29,758 bases of DNA from a virus. Its lineage: Duplodnaviria; Caudoviricetes. Where the stretch lies: positions 1 through 29,758 of the IMG/VR virus record IMGVR_UViG_3300005512_000231; one strand, 5' to 3'. The translations under genes and the position numbers were made by a program. Below, piece after piece: positions 17,528 to 28,025 of this stretch (the first letter of the stretch is position 1; each line of letters opens with the position of its first letter). The notes under the pieces are model-generated. The model was not told the origin of the DNA, searched no databases, and saw only the letters and a program-made list of their open reading frames with translations.

Positions 17528-19084
17528 ATGTCGGCAATTATAACTGATCAGTTTAGAATCCTAAGTGCGAAAAACTTTGTTACTGCCGTAGGTTCTACGG
17601 CAAATGCTTATTATTCTTTTATTGGTCTACCTAACGCAACCGAAATTAGTTCCACTTGGAATACTAGTCCACCTGCTCCAAAGGACAGTTTTCAGGATGA
17701 GGATGATACGTGGGACACCATCATCTCTCTTAAGAAGATTACGTCAAATGATGTAAGAAGAGTTGTCAGAAAGATTGATTGGACATCTGGCACAACTTAT
17801 GATATGTACAGACAAGATATCTCTAGAGATAATCTGTCACTGCCATCAAATGCAACTCATTTGTATGACGCAAACTACTATGTAATGAATAGCAATTATA
17901 AAGTTTATATTTGCTTACAAAATGGTACTGATCCTGAGAATACGTCAGGAAGACCATCACTGGATCAACCAGATTTTACCGATCTAGAACCTAGAGCAGC
18001 AGGAACTAGTGGTGATGGATATGTTTGGAAGTACCTATACACAATCAATCCTGCAGATATTGTAAAGTTTGATTCTGTTGACTTTATTCCAGTTCCATCA
18101 GACTGGAGTACAAGTACGGATAATGCTGCAGTAAGAGAAAATGCTGGTACTAGTGGACAGTTAAAAATTGTCACAGTCACCAACAGAGGAGTTGGTCTTG
18201 GTACTGCAAATAGAACCTATACAAGAGTTCCCATCAAAGGAAACGGAAGAGGTGCAGAGGCAACAATTATTGTCGGCAATGACTCTAAAGTTGAGTCGAT
18301 TAATATATCGAAGGGCGGGTCAGGATATTCATATGGCGTTGTAGACCTTGTTGGTGGCAGCGTTCCAACTGGATCTACGACTCCAACGTTTGATGTCATC
18401 ATCCCACCTCAAGGTGGTCACGGTGCTGACATTTATCGTGAGTTGGGTGCTAAGAACGTTCTAATTTACTCTAGAATTGAGAACGACTTAGAAAATCCAG
18501 ACTTTATCGTTGGAAATGAAATTGCAAGAGTTGGTATCGTTGAGAATCCCAAAGCATATAACTCATCATCCAATTTGAACCTAGATAAGGCAAGTGGTGT
18601 TTATGCTCTCAGACTCACTGGGTCAGCATCAACAACTTTTGCTCCAACTGCAGACTCTTTTGTTACTCAAACAGTTGGTGTCGCATCAACTGCTGTTGGT
18701 CGTGTCGTGTCTTATGACAATGTAACTGGTGTTCTTAAGTATTGGCAAGACAAGAGTATGGCAGGTTTCAATACCGATGGTACTCAAAATACTGATCCAG
18801 ATTATGGACTCCAACTAAACACTTTTGGTAGTGTTGGAGTAGGCGGTTCAACTCTCATTTATAACAATGAGGTTAGCACAGGACTGCGTATTGACACAGG
18901 GTTTTCGGGTATTACTACGGTAATAAATAATAGGACTTACAATCTTGGTCAGTCTTTCGTGAACGGTGTGGCACAACCTGAGGTTGAGAAATATTCTGGA
19001 AACATAATTTACGTCGATAATAGACCATCTATTACTAGATCGACTAACCAAAAAGAAGATATCAAGGTTATTTTGCAATTCTAA
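17528..19084 (+). CDS. gp8: Baseplate wedge subunit gp8
   Basis: MSAIITDQFRI, W..GTTYDMY, YYVMNSNYKVYICLQNG, DGYVWKYLYTI, GGHGADIYRELGA and SGNIIYVDNRPSITRSTNQKEDIKVILQF are T4 gp8-family motifs. Confidence 0.95.
   Translation: MSAIITDQFRILSAKNFVTAVGSTANAYYSFIGLPNATEISSTWNTSPPAPKDSFQDEDDTWDTIISLKKITSNDVRRVVRKIDWTSGTTYDMYRQDISRDNLSLPSNATHLYDANYYVMNSNYKVYICLQNGTDPENTSGRPSLDQPDFTDLEPRAAGTSGDGYVWKYLYTINPADIVKFDSVDFIPVPSDWSTSTDNAAVRENAGTSGQLKIVTVTNRGVGLGTANRTYTRVPIKGNGRGAEATIIVGNDSKVESINISKGGSGYSYGVVDLVGGSVPTGSTTPTFDVIIPPQGGHGADIYRELGAKNVLIYSRIENDLENPDFIVGNEIARVGIVENPKAYNSSSNLNLDKASGVYALRLTGSASTTFAPTADSFVTQTVGVASTAVGRVVSYDNVTGVLKYWQDKSMAGFNTDGTQNTDPDYGLQLNTFGSVGVGGSTLIYNNEVSTGLRIDTGFSGITTVINNRTYNLGQSFVNGVAQPEVEKYSGNIIYVDNRPSITRSTNQKEDIKVILQF
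18922..18929 (+). promoter_or_regulatory. Candidate internal late promoter (AATAAATA) in the gp8 3' end, upstream of the VrlC-like gene
   Basis: Perfect NATAAATA 164 nt before ATG 19094, encoded by GTA ATA AAT AAT. Confidence 0.5.
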
Positions 19085-19093
19085 TAAAGACAG

Positions 19094-22000
19094 ATGCCAC
19101 AGGAAACTAATCTCAATGTCGCTCCATACTTTGACGACTTTGATCCTAATAAAAATTACTACAAGGTACTGTTTAAGCCAGGGTATCCAGTTCAAGCTCG
19201 TGAACTGACTACTTTACAGTCAATCTTACAGAATCAAGTTGAACAGTTTGGCAACCACGTCTTTAAAGAAGGCGCGAAGGTCATTCCTGGTCAGACGACT
19301 TATAATAGCCAATTTTTTGCAGTTGAGTTGGAAAACTCTTTTGCTGGAATCACACTGTCTTCCTATGTTAGTTTCCTGGTAGGACAGACAATTCGTGGTG
19401 AGCAATCTGGAGTTAGAGCAAGAGTTGAAAAGGTTATTCTGCCATCAGAATCTGACAGAAATAATACAACTCTATATGTAAGTTACATCTCATCAAACGT
19501 AAATAATGCTTCTCAAGCATTTAATAACGGTGAGAACTTACTTACGGAGACTGGAATTCGCACATCAAATGTTATCTTTATTGAGAATGAGACATTTGCA
19601 ACCACAATTAGCGATAATGCAACCTCAACAGGTTCATCATTCGCCGTTGAAGATGGAGTATATTTCCTGAGAGGAACTTTTGTTAATGTAGATGCTCAAA
19701 CAATCATTCTTGACCAATATACCAATACTCCAAGTTATAGAATTGGTTTTGAGGTCGTTGAAGAAACAGTCACCGCAGATGTAGATCCATCACTCTACGA
19801 TAATTCACAGGGATATAATAACTACACTGCTCCAGGTGCAGATAGATTTAAGATTACTGCAGTTCTCAGCAAAAAGTCTTTAACAGACTTTGATGATGAA
19901 AACTTTGTTGAGATTGCAACAATACAAAACGGTGTTGTAAGAACTGCACCAAACAATTCACAATATAATTTACTTGCAAATGCTCTTGCTACCAGAACTT
20001 ATGAAGAGTCTGGTGATTACTATGTAAGACCATTTAAACTTGGTACTCTGAACTCATTGAATGATGAGCAGGGTAATAATGGCGTATTTAAATCAAATCA
20101 ACTTACCTATGAGGGCAATACTCCTTCTGACGACCTTGCTCTCTATAGATTATCCCCTGGTTTAGCATATATCCGTGGATATAGAGTTGAGACAAAGACA
20201 CCTACATTCTTAGATGTTGAAAAACCAAGAACTACCAAGGAATATGCTGGTCAAGGAATAAATTATCTGACTGGTCCATCAGTAACCTTAAACAATGTTT
20301 CTGGTGCTCCAGTTTTAGGAATCAATACATCATACACAGTAAGTTTAAGAAACTCAAGAAAAGCAACCAATAAAACTGCTGCTGGAGAGGAAATTGGTCT
20401 TGCTAGAGTTTATGACTTTGCATTAGAGAGTGGGTCATACAATGCAACTAACCTAGATGCAAATGAATGGGACATTTCTCTGTATGATATTCAGACATAC
20501 ACAAACATCAGTCTGAGTCAACCAATCACTGTTTCAAAATCTACCTTTGTAAAGGGCAAATCTAGTGGTGCAACAGGATTTGTTAAAAATGCTGTCACTA
20601 ACAGTAAGGCACTCAAACTTTATGATACCAAAGGAACTTTTTCCAATGGAGAGAGTTTTGTAATTAATGGTAAAGATGATGGTAGGATTGCTCTTGCCAT
20701 CACTGCAAATGGTCTTGAAGATGTAAAATCAATATATGGTTTTGTTGGTGCAGCAGGCACATTTAATGCCGATACAACTTTAGTATCTAAAGTTAATTTG
20801 GGTGAGGCAACAATCTCACTCAAAGATGTAATAACAAATACTAGTATTGTAACTCTTCCAAACTTAAAGTTTGCTAATTTATTAAAACCTGGTAATATAT
20901 TATCTTACTATAACTCTTCAGGTTTTATTGTTGAGAATTCATCAACCAAGGGCATTTCAACGAACTCTGTTCCAGAGGGACAGAGAGCATTTTTAGTTGA
21001 ACACGTTCCTGGTTCTGAAGATGTATATGTCAATGGAGTTCATCTTTCAGAGTCTGCATATGTATCTACAGGTTCTACTGGCATTATGCTTGATGTTGCT
21101 CCAGATGAGGGAGATGAACTTCAAATAAATGCATTTGTTGGTAATATCAAAGATAGACAGGAAGTCCTTGCTTATGAGGGCCAAACTGTTGTTCCATTTT
21201 CAACTACAACATCTATCACATCCACAGAAGTAGCAAACACACAATTGTTTGTTAATGGTGTCAAACTCACTAGCGATCAGTTTCAAGTATATACTGGAAG
21301 TGAGTTTGTTTATTTAAACACGCCAGCAGTCAGAGATGGAGTAGATTTTGTAATCGCTCCATATAATCTTGGATCTAAAGTTGGATTAACAACAGTTGTA
21401 ACTGCTGTGCCCCAAAATGTAATCTCTGTTGCATATGTCCCAGGAAACGAAGAAGTTTATGTTAATGGAGTCAAACTCGTAAAGGATGTTGAATACACCG
21501 CAGTATCCAGTGGAACAATTACATTATCCGATACAACAAATCCTGGAGACACTGTTGAAGTAGTTGAAAACTCAGCAGGAACTATTGCAGGTATCAATAC
21601 AATTAATGCAGTTGGTTTACAGACAGGATTTACTGGTCCATTTGTTAGTGGACTTACTGATGTATTCTATAATGGCATAAGACTGAGAGAAAATACCGAG
21701 TATATTGGATCTGGATCATCTTCTATCTACATTCCAGTAGGATCAGTTGATGGTGATAGAGTTGAGATCGTTAGATATAGCAGCACAGATAGACAAACTG
21801 GATTTACAACCACTCTTAGCGAAAATCAAACCAATATCATATATGATACATCAAACAAAGTTTTACAGATATTTGTAGATGGAGTAAAATATAATAAAAA
21901 TGATTATGTTATCTTTGAAGGTGGCACATCATTTGAAATTAACCATCCACTAGATGCTGGTGACGTGGTAGACACCACTATTTTTGAACCTGAATACTTT

Positions 22001-25000
22001 GCTAGCAATAAGTTTACTGCGATTGCTGGACAACAAAACTTTAGTATTATTTACACAACTGGATTTATAGATGTATATGTGAATGGAGTTTTAATTGATC
22101 CAACTCTTTACACAGCACTTGATGGTCAAACATTATCTTTTACTAATCCATTACAAGCAGGAGACCTCGTTGAATTCATTTCATATTCTGTAGATGCATT
22201 TGATGTTAAAGGAACAAATATTGTCAATTTACCAACATATTCAGAGATTAAGAGTGTTAGCACTCGTGGAAAATTCACTAATGTTATTATTGGACCAGTT
22301 GCAACGGTTACAGGAATTTGTAATGGTACTTTGCCAACTAAATCAATTGCCGTTCCAGAGTTAGAACTTGTCTCTACAAAGGCAACGGTATCTGCGGACA
22401 ACACGCTGTTCACTTCGATGCCAAGAAGAAACATCTCAGATGTCAATCTATCTGCATCAAACCTATCAATCAGAAAACAGTATGATGTTACGGTAATCAA
22501 CAATTCAACAAATACAATCTCTGCAGGAACCGATGAGACATTCTTACCTTTTGATGAGGAAAGATACTCGTTGATATTTGTTGATGGAACTGTTGAACCA
22601 CTGACATCGGATATGCTCACCTTTGGTGCAGGTGATACTCGTTTAACCATCAATAACATAAGCAAAGATGGTTCTGCACGTCTTGTAACAACACTGAGAA
22701 AAATCAATGTTGTATCAAAGCAGAAAGAAAATCAGAGATCAAGCAGCATCATCGTTGCAAAATCAACTCAAGTCTCTGCTGGTGTTGGAACGACTACTCT
22801 GAATGATGGTCTTGCATATGGTAACTACCCATATGGTACTCGTGTTCAGGACGAGAACATCTCTCTGAATGTGCCTGATGTAATCTCTCTACACGGCGTA
22901 TTTGAGTCATACGATACATCTGACCCCAGTGCTCCTAGACTGACGCTCTCGGCACTTACAGGACCCAATGCAACGACGTTAGACCTTATTTTAGGGGAGA
23001 CTATTGTTGGATCTGTCAGCAATGCAAAGGGAACCTATGTTGAAAGAGTCAATGACACCACTGTAGAATATGTAATGTCCAACAGAAAGTCATTCTCTGT
23101 TGGCGAGAAAGTCACGTTTGAAGAGTCTGGTATTGAAGCAATTGTCTCCGATATAACTTCTGGTGGTAGAGATATTACAGATTCCTATCAGTTGGATAAT
23201 GGTCAGAGAGACACATTCTATGATTATGGAAGAATCAGACGTGTTGTTGGTAAGGATGCGCCTAAGAGAAAGATTAAGGTTTATTTCCAATATGCATATT
23301 ATGATGTAAATGATACTGGAGACATTACAACTGCCAATTCTTACAGTTCTCTCAACTTTTCAAAAGAAGTTCCTTATTACAAGGATCTGAGAAATACGGA
23401 TATGATTGACATCCGTCCAAGAGTTTCTACATATTTACTTACCGAGGGATCGACCTCTCCATTTGAGTTTGCTGGAAGAACCTTTACTCAGGATGGTAAC
23501 AGTGCAAAGAACATTCTGGCACCAGATGAGTCAATTCTACTTGACTATAACTTCTATCTACCAAGAATTGATAGAGTTTATGTTAATAAGAATGGGGTAT
23601 TTAAGGTCGTAAGCGGAACTCCAGCAGAGCAACCTGCACCTCCTGCTGCAATTGACGATTCAATCGAAGTAGCAGAGATCTTCTTACCACCATATCTCTA
23701 TGATACTGAAAATGCTTCAATTAAGCAGAAGAAGTATAAGAGATTCACTATGAGTGATATCTCAACTCTTGAAAACAGAGTTAAGACTCTTGAGAAGTTT
23801 ACAAAACTGACTGCTCTTGAGACTGAGACTGCAAACATATCAATTCCTGACAGCAATGGAATCAATAGATTTAAGTCAGGATTTATTGTTGATAGTTTTA
23901 AAAATAGCACAAATCAAGATCTAAGAAACGGAATCAAAAACTCCATTGATCCAAACAATGGTGAAATTAGACCATCTCACTATACAACTGCGGTTGATAT
24001 GGTCCTTGGATCAAGTTCTGTTATTGGACTTGGACAATCTTCAGATCCTTATGCGGATTTAAATTATTCTACTGATCTTAAGGGATCAAACATCAAAAAG
24101 ACTGGAGACGTTATTACTCTTGATTACACAACTGAAGAGTGGTTATCTCAAACATTTGCAACCAGAACAGAAAAACTGACTCCTTACTTAGTCAATTTCT
24201 GGGAGGGAACGATTGATCTGAGACCATCCTCAGATGTTTGGATTGATGAAGTCAATGTTGAACCAGAAAATCTACAGATTGCGGGAGATTATACATCTTC
24301 AATCAAGACTGTTGCTAAGGTTGAGCAATACGATTCGCAGATTGGATTCCTACCAACTGTTTGGAATTCTTGGAATACTTTATGGACTCAAAACTCAGGT
24401 ACACTTGATGCCTCAGAGTCAAACTCAGTCTACCCAACATTCTATGGTTCAGATACAACTGCATCTGGATCCAAGGATTGGATCGGATTGGATCAAAATG
24501 GCGATGAAGTTAAGTCCATCACATCTGATACAGAAGCATCTGCAATCTCAGTAGAGACCTCAGAGTTGAGTGCTGGTGATATCATTCCTTACATCAGATC
24601 AAGAAATGTAGAGTTTGCGTCTAAGAGACTCAAACCAAACAGTCAGGTATATGCATTCTTTGATGGTGTTGATGTTAATGCATACGTAGTACCAAAACTT
24701 ATTGAAGTTACTATGACCAGTGGATCCTTTACTGTCGGTGAGACAATTAAGGGATACTTCCCAAGTGTTGATTATAATGTATCTCCAAGTGATGCAAATC
24801 CATACATCAGTTTTAGAGCAGCAAAGTCAAACCACAAAACTGGTCCATACTTAGATCCAACCACTACATATGAGCAAAATCCATATGACACAACACTAAA
24901 TGTACCAACAAATTATTCATCCACATCAACTATAGTTAATGTAGACATCTTCTCTCTAGCAAATGAACCACAGGGTGAGTACTACGGTTTCATCAACAAA

Positions 25001-27793
25001 GGAATGAAACTATATGGCGAGAGTAGTGGTGCTGAAGCAACTATTCAAGAAGTCAGATTAGTTACAGATGAGACTGGATCCGTTATGGGTTCATTCTACA
25101 TCCCAGATGCAAGTGTTGATGTCAATCCTAAATTTACTGCTGGTGATAAAGTCTTTAAACTGACAAATAGTGATCTCAACAGTTCCTCAACTCAGGTTAT
25201 CACTAGCGTCTCTGAGGAGATTTACTCGTCTGTTGGATCAATCCAGTCTGTATATGATGATGTTGCAGCAGTCAAATTTGCTAAGAAGGTTGACAAGTCA
25301 CTCTTTAATGACTCCGATATCTCAACATTTACTGGCAAATATCTCGATCCACTCGCACAAACTTTTACTGTTGATGATGCATCTGGAGTATATCTTACTA
25401 AACTGGATATCTTCTTCCAATCTAAAGATGAGCAACTTCCTGTAACTTGTCAGATTAGAAGCACAGAATATGATACACCATCAGATATTATTCTCCCATT
25501 CTCTGAGGTTACTCTCGATAGTGGCGCAGTAAATGTATCAGCAGACGCTTCATCCGCAACAAGCTTTATCTTTGATTCTCCCGTATATCTTGAGGGTGGC
25601 AGAAAGTATGCAATTGTCCTACTATCAAACTCAAATGAGTACAAGATTTGGACATCAAGACTTGGTGAGGTAGACATCAAGACTCAAACTGCTGCAACTT
25701 CATCTCAGGTCTTAGTATCCACAAAACCAACTATTGGTGCTCTGTATAAGTCTCAGAATGCTGGTGCTTGGGAACCAAGCATATTTGATGATATGAAGTT
25801 TACTCTCCATAGAGCAGACTTTGTATCCTCTGGAAACATCTCATTCTTCAATCCAAATCTGGAAAGAGGTAATGGTCAAATCCCAGTACTGGTACAGAAT
25901 CCAGTAACAACCAAGTCTAGAAATATTAGAGTTGGTCTCTCATCTGCAATTGGAATTGGAACTGCCTTAATACCTGGCAACACAATCTTCCAACCAACAA
26001 CTGGCGCATCTGGTAATTATATCTCGGCTGTTGGTATTGCAACAGGTCTTACTGTTACCACCACTGGTGTTGGATATACTCCATCACAAACAACGTTACA
26101 ATACAACAACGTTGCTCTTCAGACCGTAACAGGAACTGGTAAAAATGCAACTGCAAACGTCACGGTGCAAAATGGTGCAGTCACTGGCATCAGTCTTGTC
26201 AATGGTGGTTATGGATATGCAGAGGGCGATGTTGTAACTGCACCAATTGGTAGTCAAGGTCTTGGTAGTGGATTTAAAGCATCAATTCAAGGAATCGGAG
26301 ATTCTAATGAGTTGATTCTGGATAATGTCCAGGGCAACTTTGCTATTGGTATTGCAAATACATTGTTTGTATATAATCAGGTTGGTGTTGTTACATCTAT
26401 CTTAGACACTACGGATGTTTATATCTCTGAACCAATTGATGTTGTAACAGATGGTCTTATCTTTACTGTTAAGCATAAGAATCACGGTATGCATTCGACA
26501 TTAAACTTTGTAACTATCAGCAAAGTCTTGTCAGACGTAACTCCATCAAAAGCAACTACTGGATATTCTAAGGCATATGATGGTTTAATTGCACTTGACG
26601 ATACTACCAACTATGAAAACTTTGAGGGAGTTGCAGTATCATCTGCAAACCCTGGATACATAACAATCAATGAGGAGATTATTAGTTATGAGGGTGTATC
26701 AAATAGTCAACTCGTTAATATCACTAGAGGAATAGATGGCACTTTATCTAAGGCAATCTCAAGTGGAGATATCATCTACAAGTATGAGTTGAATGGAGTA
26801 TCTCTCAGAAGAATCAACAGAACTCATAATCTTACATCTGGTTCTATTGGTCTTAACTCCTATGACATTACAATTGATATGTCTGATACCACAGCAGGTG
26901 TAGATAGAAGTGCATCACAGAGCACATATACTCCACTCTACTTTAACGAGTCTAAGAGTGAAGGTGGTAATAGCGTAATTGCAACTCAGAATATTCCATA
27001 CGAAGCAATTACTCCAAATGTCAACCTGTTTGTTCCAAATCAAACATCTCTTGACGCATCGATTAGAACCGTTAGCGGAACTAGCATTAGTGGAAATGAA
27101 GTATCATTTGTTGACAAGGGATTTGAACCTGTTGTACTCAATGCAACAAATTATCTCCCAGATCCTAGAATCATCGCATCTAAGATTAACGAGAAGAACA
27201 TTCTCACAACTCTGCCAGGTAATAAGTCTCTGACTCTGTTGATGAATATGTCAACTGATAACTCAAGACTCTCACCTGTTATTGATACAACAAGAGTTAA
27301 TATGATTACAACATCTAATCGTATTAACAGCGTAATCACAAACTACGCAACTGATTCAAAAGTTGATAGTATGTTTGAAGATCCATCAGATTGTCAGTAT
27401 GTAACCAAGTCGATAAGTCTGAAGAACCCAGCAAGTTCTATCAAAGTTTATCTGAGTGCTCACGTCAACAACTACTCTGATCTAAGAGTATTCTACTCGA
27501 TCTCAAATGAGGATGTTGCGGATCCAATCTTTACACCATTCCCAGGATATGCAAACCTTGATCAAAATGGTCAGGTTATCAATCCAGAAGACAACAATGG
27601 AACTTCAGATGTCCTAGTTGATAAGAACTATGTGCTTCAGTCAGTATCTGACTCGGATAGTTATTCAAATTATGAGTTTACTGCAAATGATCTTGCGGAG
27701 TTTAAATACTTTAGAATCAAGATTGTGATGACATCAACAAATCAGGCATATGTGCCTAAGATCAAGACTATGAGAGCAATTGCTCTAGCGTGA
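19094..27793 (+). CDS. Large virion structural protein, VrlC-like / DUF4815-containing (2899 aa)
   Basis: N-terminal LNVAPYFDDFD..KNYYKVLFKPGYPVQARELTTLQSILQNQ, plus APGADRFKI, LATRTYEESGDY, YLPRID, RFKSGFIVDSF, DPLAQTF, DMKFTLHRADF and terminal FRIKIVM..P.IK.MRAIALA. It follows gp8, as in cyanomyophages. Confidence 0.85.
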   Translation: MPQETNLNVAPYFDDFDPNKNYYKVLFKPGYPVQARELTTLQSILQNQVEQFGNHVFKEGAKVIPGQTTYNSQFFAVELENSFAGITLSSYVSFLVGQTIRGEQSGVRARVEKVILPSESDRNNTTLYVSYISSNVNNASQAFNNGENLLTETGIRTSNVIFIENETFATTISDNATSTGSSFAVEDGVYFLRGTFVNVDAQTIILDQYTNTPSYRIGFEVVEETVTADVDPSLYDNSQGYNNYTAPGADRFKITAVLSKKSLTDFDDENFVEIATIQNGVVRTAPNNSQYNLLANALATRTYEESGDYYVRPFKLGTLNSLNDEQGNNGVFKSNQLTYEGNTPSDDLALYRLSPGLAYIRGYRVETKTPTFLDVEKPRTTKEYAGQGINYLTGPSVTLNNVSGAPVLGINTSYTVSLRNSRKATNKTAAGEEIGLARVYDFALESGSYNATNLDANEWDISLYDIQTYTNISLSQPITVSKSTFVKGKSSGATGFVKNAVTNSKALKLYDTKGTFSNGESFVINGKDDGRIALAITANGLEDVKSIYGFVGAAGTFNADTTLVSKVNLGEATISLKDVITNTSIVTLPNLKFANLLKPGNILSYYNSSGFIVENSSTKGISTNSVPEGQRAFLVEHVPGSEDVYVNGVHLSESAYVSTGSTGIMLDVAPDEGDELQINAFVGNIKDRQEVLAYEGQTVVPFSTTTSITSTEVANTQLFVNGVKLTSDQFQVYTGSEFVYLNTPAVRDGVDFVIAPYNLGSKVGLTTVVTAVPQNVISVAYVPGNEEVYVNGVKLVKDVEYTAVSSGTITLSDTTNPGDTVEVVENSAGTIAGINTINAVGLQTGFTGPFVSGLTDVFYNGIRLRENTEYIGSGSSSIYIPVGSVDGDRVEIVRYSSTDRQTGFTTTLSENQTNIIYDTSNKVLQIFVDGVKYNKNDYVIFEGGTSFEINHPLDAGDVVDTTIFEPEYFASNKFTAIAGQQNFSIIYTTGFIDVYVNGVLIDPTLYTALDGQTLSFTNPLQAGDLVEFISYSVDAFDVKGTNIVNLPTYSEIKSVSTRGKFTNVIIGPVATVTGICNGTLPTKSIAVPELELVSTKATVSADNTLFTSMPRRNISDVNLSASNLSIRKQYDVTVINNSTNTISAGTDETFLPFDEERYSLIFVDGTVEPLTSDMLTFGAGDTRLTINNISKDGSARLVTTLRKINVVSKQKENQRSSSIIVAKSTQVSAGVGTTTLNDGLAYGNYPYGTRVQDENISLNVPDVISLHGVFESYDTSDPSAPRLTLSALTGPNATTLDLILGETIVGSVSNAKGTYVERVNDTTVEYVMSNRKSFSVGEKVTFEESGIEAIVSDITSGGRDITDSYQLDNGQRDTFYDYGRIRRVVGKDAPKRKIKVYFQYAYYDVNDTGDITTANSYSSLNFSKEVPYYKDLRNTDMIDIRPRVSTYLLTEGSTSPFEFAGRTFTQDGNSAKNILAPDESILLDYNFYLPRIDRVYVNKNGVFKVVSGTPAEQPAPPAAIDDSIEVAEIFLPPYLYDTENASIKQKKYKRFTMSDISTLENRVKTLEKFTKLTALETETANISIPDSNGINRFKSGFIVDSFKNSTNQDLRNGIKNSIDPNNGEIRPSHYTTAVDMVLGSSSVIGLGQSSDPYADLNYSTDLKGSNIKKTGDVITLDYTTEEWLSQTFATRTEKLTPYLVNFWEGTIDLRPSSDVWIDEVNVEPENLQIAGDYTSSIKTVAKVEQYDSQIGFLPTVWNSWNTLWTQNSGTLDASESNSVYPTFYGSDTTASGSKDWIGLDQNGDEVKSITSDTEASAISVETSELSAGDIIPYIRSRNVEFASKRLKPNSQVYAFFDGVDVNAYVVPKLIEVTMTSGSFTVGETIKGYFPSVDYNVSPSDANPYISFRAAKSNHKTGPYLDPTTTYEQNPYDTTLNVPTNYSSTSTIVNVDIFSLANEPQGEYYGFINKGMKLYGESSGAEATIQEVRLVTDETGSVMGSFYIPDASVDVNPKFTAGDKVFKLTNSDLNSSSTQVITSVSEEIYSSVGSIQSVYDDVAAVKFAKKVDKSLFNDSDISTFTGKYLDPLAQTFTVDDASGVYLTKLDIFFQSKDEQLPVTCQIRSTEYDTPSDIILPFSEVTLDSGAVNVSADASSATSFIFDSPVYLEGGRKYAIVLLSNSNEYKIWTSRLGEVDIKTQTAATSSQVLVSTKPTIGALYKSQNAGAWEPSIFDDMKFTLHRADFVSSGNISFFNPNLERGNGQIPVLVQNPVTTKSRNIRVGLSSAIGIGTALIPGNTIFQPTTGASGNYISAVGIATGLTVTTTGVGYTPSQTTLQYNNVALQTVTGTGKNATANVTVQNGAVTGISLVNGGYGYAEGDVVTAPIGSQGLGSGFKASIQGIGDSNELILDNVQGNFAIGIANTLFVYNQVGVVTSILDTTDVYISEPIDVVTDGLIFTVKHKNHGMHSTLNFVTISKVLSDVTPSKATTGYSKAYDGLIALDDTTNYENFEGVAVSSANPGYITINEEIISYEGVSNSQLVNITRGIDGTLSKAISSGDIIYKYELNGVSLRRINRTHNLTSGSIGLNSYDITIDMSDTTAGVDRSASQSTYTPLYFNESKSEGGNSVIATQNIPYEAITPNVNLFVPNQTSLDASIRTVSGTSISGNEVSFVDKGFEPVVLNATNYLPDPRIIASKINEKNILTTLPGNKSLTLLMNMSTDNSRLSPVIDTTRVNMITTSNRINSVITNYATDSKVDSMFEDPSDCQYVTKSISLKNPASSIKVYLSAHVNNYSDLRVFYSISNEDVADPIFTPFPGYANLDQNGQVINPEDNNGTSDVLVDKNYVLQSVSDSDSYSNYEFTANDLAEFKYFRIKIVMTSTNQAYVPKIKTMRAIALA
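20950..22187 (+). repeat. Six tandem ~68-75-aa beta modules in the VrlC-like protein
   Basis: Cores DVYVNGVHL, QLFVNGVKL, EVYVNGVKL, DVFYNGIRL, QIFVDGVKY and DVYVNGVLI. Each is preceded by a (G)Q-x-x-F/I strand and most end in GD-x-[VL]-E. Confidence 0.9.
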
Positions 27794-28023
27794 TGAGAGA
27801 TTACATTAAAGTCAAGGACAGATCTACTCTCCTGAGAGATCAGGGGAGTAATGCTATCGTAAATGACTCTAAATATGAATATGAAAACTATATGCGTCTA
27901 AAAAGACAAAGAGAAAAAGAGAATGATAAGGTAAATCACTTGGAAAGTGAGATTGATACTCTTAAGAGTGATGTGAGTGAAATAAAAGACCTCCTTAAAT
28001 CCTTCATAGAAAAACTGGGGTAG
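27793..28023 (+). CDS. Small coiled-coil hypothetical protein (76 aa; alternative GTG start at 27790)
   Basis: TGATG coupling to the VrlC stop; LLRD..SNAIVN motif followed by heptads (VNHLESEIDTLKSDVSEIKDLL). Confidence 0.8.
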   Translation: MRDYIKVKDRSTLLRDQGSNAIVNDSKYEYENYMRLKRQREKENDKVNHLESEIDTLKSDVSEIKDLLKSFIEKLG

Positions 28024-28025
28024 AA

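Noticed and set aside
25350-27160. Shorter GATC-free stretches (also ~19790-21270 and ~2590-3535)
   Set aside because: Much shorter than the 6.4-kb block and not safely distinguishable from fluctuation by manual counting; worth including in the computed scan.
4237-27793. Inteins, introns, homing endonucleases or frameshifts as the cause of the giant ORFs
   Set aside because: No intein splice-junction pattern or LAGLIDADG/HNH/GIY-YIG motif noticed; the frames are continuous and the extra length is explained by structural beta modules.
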